From Laetmonice hystrix (taxonomy: Eukaryota): a stretch of 64,000 nt of DNA. Each line of letters opens with the position of its first letter. Within the stretch, counting starts at the first letter, position 1. The notes beneath the pieces are model-generated. The model was not told where the DNA came from, searched no databases, and saw only the letters and a list, made by a program, of their open reading frames with translations. This document shows, one piece after another, positions 54,801 to 64,000 of this stretch. The DNA lies in contig OZ249445.1 in NCBI GenBank assembly GCA_965235115.1, positions 19,096,001 through 19,160,000 of the forward strand, written 5' to 3'. The translations under genes and the position numbers were made by a program.

Positions 54801-55784
54801 ACATAAATTACTTATACATGCATGAACGAAATATTTTGATAAAAAGATTATTTTGTCCTTTCAATCACCATAAACTGCAGCCTGCTGACATGTGGCATGG
54901 ACAGGTACACTCGCATTGTACGGTCTAGGACGAGGTCACTGGTCATCCTGAGGCATACTAATCAACTGGTTACTCAAACATTACAGATCTGCCGGGGATA
55001 ATTACCAATTCACAGTTAAAAGTAGAATAGCACTGACATCAAAATTTGACGGACACGGTTGATATAAATTTCATGAAAAAATTTACCTTTCTACACTTGC
55101 GAGTGGCATGTAACAGAAATCTAATTATCTCGGCCTACCTACACACTTCAGGAGCTCATTTTATAAGTTTCAAAGTTATTTAAGTAGAGCTTCTGTTTGC
55201 TTTAACTGTGGATTTCACATGAGGGATGATGAATTGTCAAATAAACCAGGCGCGCAAAATAAAGCTTGGCACGCCCGATAAAGCATGACAGTTCAGTGCT
55301 GCAACAAAAACCTCACCTGGGGTTTTTATTAGGGGTACTTAGTGAGTACCATTCATACTGCTTTTTTTACTGCCGAAAAAAATAGTTCCACAATGCCCAT
55401 TTTATTATTCATATGTACTCTACTGCACACTTATTACCACTTCTTTTTTTAAACAATATGAGCAGGTGTATAGACTACTAACTGTGTACTGGTAGTGAAG
55501 CATACCGGTAAATGGTACGTCCGCATATTTTGACAATGGAAAGCATGACAATTAGTTAATTATTCTACACTGTCAGACCTGTGTCTTCAACTCAGTTAAA
55601 TTACTATGCTTGGTGCATACCCCGTGGCATTATCATTACCATGTTGTAATGTTAGTAACTTACGTAACTGCAAGGTATCACTATCAGTATCAACTACCAT
55701 ACCAAGTTCATAATATTACTCATTTAGGCCCACCTAAATCACGTAAAAATGAGAATGTGAGAGGCAAAAATCTGCCTAGCCTAC

Positions 55785-56387
55785 ACATGTTGATTCGTGA
55801 ACGACACCACGGTTACCAGAGTATATTACATGTTGATTCGTGAACGACACCACGGGTACCAGAGTATATTACATGTTGATTCGTGAACGACACCACTGGT
55901 ACCAGAGTATATTACATGTTGATTCGTGAACGACACCACGGGTACCAGAGTATATTACATGTTGATTCGTGAACGACACCACTGGTACCAGAGTATATTA
56001 CATGTTGATTCGTGAACGACACCACTAGTACCAGAGTACATATTACATGTTGATTCGTGAACGACACCACTGGTACCAGAGTATATTACATGTTGATTCG
56101 TGAACGACACCACTGGTACCAGAGTAAGTACATGTTGATTCGTGAACGACACCACTGGTACCAGAGTATATTACATGTTGATTCGTGAACGACACCACTG
56201 GTACCAGAGTATATTACATGTTGATTCGTGAACAACACCACTGGTACCAGAGTATATTACATGTTGATTCGTGAACGACACCACTGGTACCAAAGTATAT
56301 TACATGTTGATTCGTGAACGACACCACTGGTACCAGAGTATATTACATGTTGATTCGTGAACGACACCACTGGTACCAAAGTATATT
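55785..56387. repeat. 43-bp minisatellite, about 14 copies
   Basis: Unit ACATGTTGATTCGTGAACGACACCACTGGTACCAGAGTATATT with minor variants. Confidence 0.97.
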
Positions 56388-57783
56388 TGAAAACTGAAGA
56401 CATCACGGTCCACACACAAAAAATGTTGTATAACAAATCATGGCCTTACTGATGTCGAGTGCTTCCTGATGTCAGCTGCCTTAGCCGATACAGAAAAAAA
56501 AGACGTGGGAAATGCCGCATCTGAATTACTAGTTGACCTAGATGATGACTTTAAAAAGCCGCCAGACCCACTCATAACCAAATTTGCAACATCAATCTGC
56601 AAAAAGCTCCAAACGTCTAAAGCCATGTCGTTTATTAGTAGACGGGGAACCTATAGAGGTTTTCCTAATGGCCATTACGCAGCAACTGCCCATTTCCCCA
56701 ACGTTGTAAATGCCCTAAATGTGCAATCGAGCCAGGGAAACTTCCTATTAGATCAGCCAAGAAGACTGCAAAAGCCCACTTTGAAGTAGAGGATTATGGG
56801 CACTTCGCTTCTCCTTTGCCAGACAGGCTCTGATAAGGAGACCACCAAATGGATGCATAATGTGTTAGGCAACATGTACTTAACAACTCCACTACAATCA
56901 GGGTTCAGTCTTGGCCGGTTTGACCACCCATGTCACCAGTGCTAATGTTCCGTGTATTGGTGACGTATTTGACCATTATAGTTGTGTTTATGGCCCATCC
57001 TTGTCCACAACTACCAGGTACTGTGCATAAAAAAACACTTAGATGTTCTATTAATTAGCCAAATTGTCAAATGCTTTATGCACATGAAAAAAGATAGGAA
57101 CCTGGTCAACTATTACTGGTATACCAACTAACCAAGGTACTTTTTCAAACACAGCAACTTTGGACTAAGCTTTGGAGCAATGACCATTTCCTTCATGAAG
57201 TCAAATACCCTGGGACTGAATGGTTCCCAATATTTAAATGACTTTTTCAACATTTATACTGAATAATAACAAATTTACTTCACACCACGATGGCATGAAA
57301 GTAGCAATCTTAGTGTAGCCAAGCCATGGCCTGTGCCCACGGATCTGTCAGAATTATTGCCACTGGTCATGAAAACTGATTGAACTTGAAAGACTGGGGA
57401 CACAAGCTTATCTTGCCTTGACTGGGGACACAAGCTTATAGCCAACATTCATAGTCTGTGTTTGCCTTATATGGTCTTGGTGGGCATAAAAAACCTTTCA
57501 AACTATGTTCTGTTGAAACTTTCAAGTTGATATCTCAAATAATCCTTACATGAGACCAAAATTGTAAGTGTGTCCAACTGACCACCAGTTCAAGGAAAAC
57601 CCAGGGTGTTCAATAAGAAAAAAATTAGAAGCTTTGGTGGTCGAGCAGGGTCAATGGACCCTCCCCCCTACACACATCTTCCGAGATGAGACGGAATCCA
57701 TGCTTTCCTAAATAGAGCTACACATGATTTCTACGGAACATTCCACTGTTAAAAGGTCATCCTGGCACTGGCTAATTGTGCGA

Positions 57784-57957
57784 TTTTTTCTTTAGTTGCA
57801 CGGGCATCAGGCGTAACCCAGTTACTTTAAGAAAGTCCGGAAAGAGAAAAGTTGTATAGTCCTCTACTGGAATTGAACCCCGGCCAAGATCATTGCACCC
57901 ATTCACATTGCATTTAAGTTATCCACGCCCATGCCCACTCAGCCACCGCCACCTCCC
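57784..57957 (-). mobile_element. tRNA-derived SINE, family A, near full-length dispersed copy
   Basis: On the minus strand: A box TGGCTGAGTGG (57945-57935), B box GGTTCAATTCC (57879-57869), body similar to the 25.6-kb array units (roughly 85% by eye) and an A-rich tail. Confidence 0.85.
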
Positions 57958-58008
57958 TAAAAAGGAAGCTTTGGTGGTCGAGCAGGACAATGGACCCACT
58001 ACATACAC

Positions 58009-58190
58009 GTGAGTAGTTGGTGTTTAACGCCCAGTCAGCAGTATTTCAGCTATATCGGGGCAATAAAAATAACAAGGTAACTACCTTTGTCGGTGAAATC
58101 CATTGGGTGATAATGATATGATAGGAAAAAACCTGTGCACCGGGGCGAACCCCTACTCTTATCAATAGATGCCAGGATCCCAATGCCAGA
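58009..58190 (-). mobile_element. SINE family B copy with Deu/Nin-like conserved core
   Basis: Minus strand GATCCTGGCATCTATTGATAAGAGTAGGGGTTCGCCCCGGTG resembles the DeuSINE/Nin core as I recall it (GATCCCATGGCACTATTCGAAGAAGAGCAGGGGAGTTCTCCCCGGTG). A second copy is at 37.8 kb. Confidence 0.7.
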
Positions 58191-60685
58191 AGGTACAGTT
58201 TGTCTCAGTGTCGCTTCATTAGCGAGAAAAAAATTGGAGCCTGCACGCAGTCACTTTCAATGATTTATGTTTACAGTTTTGTAGTCACTGACACTGCTTG
58301 GAGGGCGGACACATGTCCTGACCGGTGGCCGTCAGTGAGTACCGGAGTTCTACCTGCGTTCATTAGACTATTCTATTGTGTCAATGTAAATGAAACTTGA
58401 AAGTCTACACTATCTGCTTTGAAGTTGAACTAACAAGAAACCCAAAGATGGGCTTATTCCAATCATGGAACAGTAGGTGCTGCATGAGGGAAGCCATCAA
58501 TGCCAGATTCTTTTAAAACTACATAATAAATTTCAATTTCTAATATGTTCTTCATTCAGTCGTTCTGTCACACTTCATACTGAAAACACACAGGTCTATA
58601 AAAAAAACTGGTCTGTATTTAAAGCTATATTATTTATAAATACAGGAACAAATGACATAAAACATCTTTAAAAAGAAATATACTCTGGCAAACAACACAT
58701 TGTATTTAACTTATCATCATGCGTACTCATTTGTACTATAACTGGCAATTTTACGGTACAGCTGTCAGTAATGGCTGTATCATGCAAGTGCAGAGAGCAA
58801 GCAGCAACTACTGCACCCTCTACTGGCTACAAATGGAACCGCTGGGGAGAAACAGGAAGAATACCCTGGCAAATCTAACTGTAGCCACATGTTCGAAATA
58901 TTATGTCATAATGTAGTCAATGGAACCACAAGTACCAATGTGTGCAGTCATCTTTGCTATGTACATTATATGATTTGGGCAAGGTGGTTCTTGAAAGTCA
59001 ACTGAAATACAGTGCCTGCCTTATGAAATGAATGTGGGAGCCATCAATCACTTCCGTGGGTCACGTTGGGGAGCTAAAAGGGAGTGATAACGGACACCCC
59101 CATCCCCGACTCGAAAATGAGGAAGCAGTGCTTGCGGTTCACAAAAAAAATGCAGGTGCATGGTCAAGGGCTTGCCTAGTGAGTTTAGGCGAGCTGTTTT
59201 TTCCCATGATAATCACTCGTCTAGACAAGTCTTGGGGAGCTGTTTCTAAATATGCGCTGTACTAAAATAAAGTTGAACTTGTAGCTTTTACATGTTTCAC
59301 TCGTTTTAGTTCTGAGCTATCATTCTCACTGAATGCAGTTTACATGTCAAATTACTATGTTCACTTCAGACAGGTGTGTGGTTTTTTTTGCTTGCGTGTG
59401 CAGTTATTCACACTCCTCGATTGAAATTTGGCCAAGTGATGGTGCTGCAAGCACCGAGGAAGGGAAATCATACCTTGGGAAGTTCAGCCTCAAGTGCATG
59501 GTTATTTACCCATGTATACTTTATTCAGAATCAGTGGATTAAGATTTCTAGACATCAATGTGACTGTGTGGGAAATTCCCTAACCTAAGTTGAGTCGATC
59601 CGTTAATTATGCCTACAGGAGCGATCAATCGTGCCCACATTCAAATTTATGGGAGCAAACGAGAGCGCGAGCGATCACTCCTGTCTATTGGCAGGGTCTG
59701 GAAATATCATTTCACTTTTTTAAATACTCCTTCAACTTTTTCATTTATGATACTTTTTAAAATGGTCTTTTAATAGTTTTATTTCTACCAAATCACACTG
59801 AATGAAGTAAAAATACCTGTAAATATATGAGATTACACTAAGTGAAAGAAAATCTTCATAATACAATTTTTGAATTTGGTAAAAAAAAGTCATTCACTCT
59901 AATAGTAATAACAGAAAACTATGCCATCATATATCCATTAACTGAAATGATCTAGGAATGAAAAGTTAAAAAAACATGTACAAATATGCATGGCTTCATA
60001 CAGTGTAGCAACAGCTGTACAAATCAAGCATGGCAGCAGCTGTTCAATAAACAAAGTAATTCAAGTGAAAAATGGAAAACATCATATCAATTTACAAAAA
60101 CAACCTGTCAAACAAACAAAACATTTCATGATACTACACACAAGTAACCCAGTTTTATTGTCTACTGGTGTAGCAGGTGTTATGTCAGGTGTACATCTAT
60201 CCAACATTTAAAATACAAGCTCACTATGTAATAAATTAAAATAAGAATTTCTCCAATACCTAACATGAGGAAACAACTGTGATGTACACACAACTAAAGC
60301 TGGCAATGACAAGCTAAATTAATCATGCATGGTGAACATCATGTTCTGTATCTTCAAGAATCAAGAATCAAACATGCCAAAAGCTTTAGGCAGCATATTT
60401 TTCACAGAAGTCTTAAATTCACACAAGTGTACCACACCTTGAAAATTAAAACACATGGAAATAAACTTAATTCTGGAAATATGTTTGCAAAACCTCAAAT
60501 TGACAACAGCACAATAACAGCTTGAGAACTGTGATAAATAAATAAGATATCTGTTGGGCCTCAGTCAAGAAGAAAAGTATAACATTACACAGATGTTCGA
60601 GAGACGAGGTACCCTGGTACACAACACATTTAACCATGGATACAAGATAACAAGTAATTGAATGCCATCAAGAATACACATTATC

Positions 60686-60862
60686 CAGGAGCGGATCTAG
60701 GGTCTACATTTAGGGGGGGGTCCTACATAAAAAGGACAAATCGAGGGGGGGGGGGTCCGTTGCAAAAACAATAAGGCATTTTGGTTATAAAAAATTAAAT
60801 TTGGCAAATTTGAGGGGGGGTCCGGACGTCGTCGACACCCCCCTGCCCTGGATCCGCCACTG
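60686..60862. mobile_element. 177-bp MITE-like element with GC-rich TIRs
   Basis: Left CAGGAGCGGATCTAGG versus reverse complement of right end CAGTGGCGGATCCAGG (13/16). Internal G/C runs. No clear TSD. Confidence 0.6.
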
Positions 60863-60994
60863 TTATACACACATGACATGTTATAGAACAAATTAAAATA
60901 CAATGTATTGCCATCATTATCATCATTACAAACAAAGTCTCAAAGAATCAAGATAATGAAGATTACTTCTATATAATTTGGCCCCAAATCTTAC

Positions 60995-61205
60995 CTGTAG
61001 CATGTTGCGATCCTGGTTCCACCTTTATGCCCATACTTTGTCGCGGCGACTGCTGGTGCTGCTCCAACATCCCTGACTGAGAAAGCATTGTGATGGTGGA
61101 CGGGTCGGGTATCTGTGTCTGTGAACTCGACGCAACGGCTGCCGTGCCCACAGCTGTGCCTGCCGTCACGGCCACATCCGTCAAATCGGCGTCTAGCACC
61201 TCCAT
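60995..61205 (-). CDS. First coding exon of an unidentified gene, low-complexity N-terminus typical of nuclear or transcription regulators
   Basis: ATG in strong context (AGAATGG), donor CAG/GTAAGA, phase 1. Reads MEVLDADLTDVAVTAGTAVGTAAVASSSQTQIPDPSTITMLSQSGMLEQHQQSPRQSMGIKVEPGSQHAT. IKVE fits the SUMO consensus. It lies directly downstream of a CpG-rich region. Confidence 0.7.
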
Positions 61206-61259
61206 TCTAAACCCGCTTCCTCTGCAACACCATGCAGTCGCGTAATCCACAGAAAACAA

Positions 61260-61750
61260 TTCAATCAAAGTGCCTTCTTATAGCCGTAAACGGCTTGAAT
61301 GAGGCGCATCCACATTCACTACGACAACGTGGGCTGAGAGAACCGCTGGCTTGCGGCATGCACGCTCATCTGTCACTCGCTGACAGTGACAGCCGACGGT
61401 GCGGGCCGCTACCGCCGCTCAGCCCCGTGCGTGGTCGGTCCCCTCACCACATGTACACTCACAACACAGTCAACACGGGAACGCCGCTCGCCCGCTTTTA
61501 ACTTTCAACGAAAATAATCCGCAACACAGCGCAATAGTTTCCATGCGACCTGATCGTGCAAGAACACGCTAGCTTACATCGTGTCCCAGTGTGTGCGCGC
61601 TGTAGTAAAGCTGGACATGTGCTTGGAACGGTGCCATCTACTTTCCTTGTGTTGTTGCGATTCGTACTACTCCCTACAACGAGTAATATGGCGGATCACT
61701 CGCGCATCGATTGAAATTACCCATGATGCAACAGTGGCACCACTTTATGT
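61260..61750 (-). promoter_or_regulatory. CpG-rich putative promoter/5'UTR
   Basis: High CG density upstream of the 61205 ATG. YY1-like AATATGGCGG at 61685-61694 and partial X-box GTTTCCATGCGAC at 61537-61549. Confidence 0.55.
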
Positions 61751-63706
61751 TTAGATTGTAAAATTGCCTATATTTTCCACTAACGATATATTCAGTAGCT
61801 CAGTTATGTCAAATGATAGAATATGAATGATTTCATACAAAAAAAAGTGGCACTTATCACTAATACTGTCAGATTCTCGCTTCGGCGAGGCATCACGTGA
61901 TGACAGTAAGGCGTGTGAGTCATGTTTACTGTGATGAGTTTGTTCAGACAGTAGAACGGGTACAAGAAGTTCCAAGTAGATTCCGGTAGGTAGAAAAGAA
62001 GTTGGTAGATCAGTATCGTTAATAACAAATGGGCAGAGTAGAGAAAGAACATCCACTTGTGTGTCGTTAAGTGACACTGGCTAAGTGAAATTCTGTCTGG
62101 CATTTTGTTGACAACTTCCGAACTTGTCCTGCCCCTGTGTGAGTGTGTCCCCGCCTCTCACCGTACTCACGCCCGCACACTACCGTTTCCCCGTTCACTC
62201 CCCTCCCCCAGGCTCTCGGCCTTTGCCTGACCAGGGGCAACGAGGACTGATATCCATGTCAGTGCTCCATTTCTTAGACATATCGTCCCCTCCCCATCGG
62301 CATTCCAGAGTACGAGATATAGCTGGTGCTCAAACTCAAACGCTATCTTTTGAGTTCTGAAGATTCTCCTGTGTGACCTACATTGTCATTGTTGCGATTG
62401 TATCGGGTAAGGCAAGTCATGACATGGCTGTGTTTGTGACCGTCATCTTCTTTTTGATATTCTCTATGCTTTTCTAAGTCACAGACCTGGTAAAATGCAG
62501 CAGCCTATGCAGGACCGCCTACGCATACAGGCACTGTTTCCACTGTTTTAAATAGTAAAGAGTCGGTACCGGTAACTATTTCAAACACTGCATGTGCTGG
62601 ACATTCTGAAGTTGTAATGAGCATGTGAAAAATATTAAAATGTAGATCTACCAAAAGTACAATATTTCCCACCTAACGGTGTAACAAAAATTCTACCCTA
62701 AAATATTATGTTAGTTGTTACTCAATACTGTACATACACATGACGTTGAAAACATGACTATCAATATTTATGTATACGTAGGGATTCATACTTCTAGAAA
62801 ATCTTGTTTTCACAATGTAGCCTAGTGACTGTGCAATTTAAATGCCCAAGATGTCTCGAGAACCCCCTTATGCTGCCCTTTCCATTTCTTGCCCCCATTG
62901 CATTTCTAATCTCTTTTTTTTCAGATGAATTCCTATTTATATTGCAGTATTCCTATAAAACCCCAAAAAATCATTTTTCAACTAATCTTGGTTGACATAT
63001 GGTCTGAACAGGGGTCGAATGCCGTGACGCCCCCAGACTTTTGCTGAGATACCCTTAGATTATGCCTCTTTACAGCGGCATTGTGTTGCCATGTCCTTTT
63101 TCTCCTCTGCTGTGGGTGCGTGGGTGCTGATCACTGCTTGTGGACACCATACCGAGTCTTTGGCCAGAGAGCCAAACATAAAAACATCGACAGTCATTAC
63201 AAATGCTGTGGTACCCTCATAAATCAAAGACTATTCAAGGCAAAAATTGCTGTGCCCCTTGTATGAGGATTAAACAACAGATCATTTATGATTTCAAAAT
63301 GCAGAGTGAACACATTAAATTCTTAATAAGACTGTGGCCATCTTCACTGATAAACAAAATGGACCAAAAAGCTTGTTTAATGTCACAAAATGAAAACTGA
63401 CCAGGCGTTGGAAAGCCATCATAAATAAAAATGTGTCGGTTGGGTTTTTTTCTCATTTACACTCCTATATTTCTGTTGTGGTGCTTTTTTTGGTCATGTT
63501 CAATTTTGGTCATGAATCAAGGACACACCTGCCTTTTGTTTATTGAAAGTACAGGTTATAAGCCTTGTAACTCCATCAGTTTTTTTAGTGCTTTCCAAAC
63601 ATACTACATGCATGTGTAGTTCTCAAACGAGAATAAACAGAAAACCTGGTGGCATTTGTTGCACATCCACAGGTGGTACCAGAGTGAAAACCAGGTTACA
63701 GTTCGA

Positions 63707-63757
63707 GGCGCCACCTGGTGTTTTATAGGATAATTTGTATTAGTCACAAGGGGGCGC
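63707..63757. promoter_or_regulatory. Pair of CTCF-like motifs, divergent orientation
   Basis: Minus strand ACACCAGGTGGCGC (13/14 to CCASYAGRKGGCRS) and plus strand TCACAAGGGGGCGC (12/14). Confidence 0.4.
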
Positions 63758-64000
63758 CACGGATGTCAGATGTGATTAGCTGAAATTCCCAGCTGACACC
63801 ACTGGAATCTTGTCAGATGAACAAGTCAGATTGAAAAAGCACCAGAAAGTTGTGATAAAAAAGTTTACCAAGTTAACTTAATATGGTAATGTGGCTCACA
63901 TCATACAGAAACCGTTTTTTGTTTTGTTTTGTTTTTCCTTTTTTGTCATTCAGACTCCCTAAGTATTGTGGCCCCTAATTCCTTTCACATAGATAAATTA

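Noticed and set aside
61876-61886. CTCGCTTCGGC matching the U6 snRNA 5' end
   Set aside because: Only 11 bp match, and the rest of U6 (e.g. the ACAGAGA box) is absent.

Overview
Animal (eukaryotic) genomic DNA, mostly intronic or intergenic. The taxon is probably a marine invertebrate; this is inferred from a Deu/Nin-type SINE core and frequent TACATGTA, not proven. There are no operons, rRNA, true tRNA genes or CRISPR arrays. The longest ORFs in the track (144-182 aa and 343-365 aa) come from stop-free minisatellites. Well supported features: six minisatellite arrays (21, 92/97, ~41, 55, 28 and 43 bp units), two tRNA-type SINE families, a 340-bp Kolobok-like MITE with perfect TIRs and TTAA target duplication, and a second MITE. 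There is also a minus-strand first coding exon (60995-61205) of an unidentified, nuclear-protein-like gene next to a CpG-rich promoter. I could name no gene. Other exon calls were made by eye from splice signals and are low confidence. The most unusual structure is a head-to-tail concatemer of four near-identical SINE bodies with different 5' truncation points, each bracketed by the same 42-bp sequence (25553-26396). Several near-perfect RFX X-boxes and a divergent CTCF-like motif pair also merit a check. I found no clear new multi-gene system.
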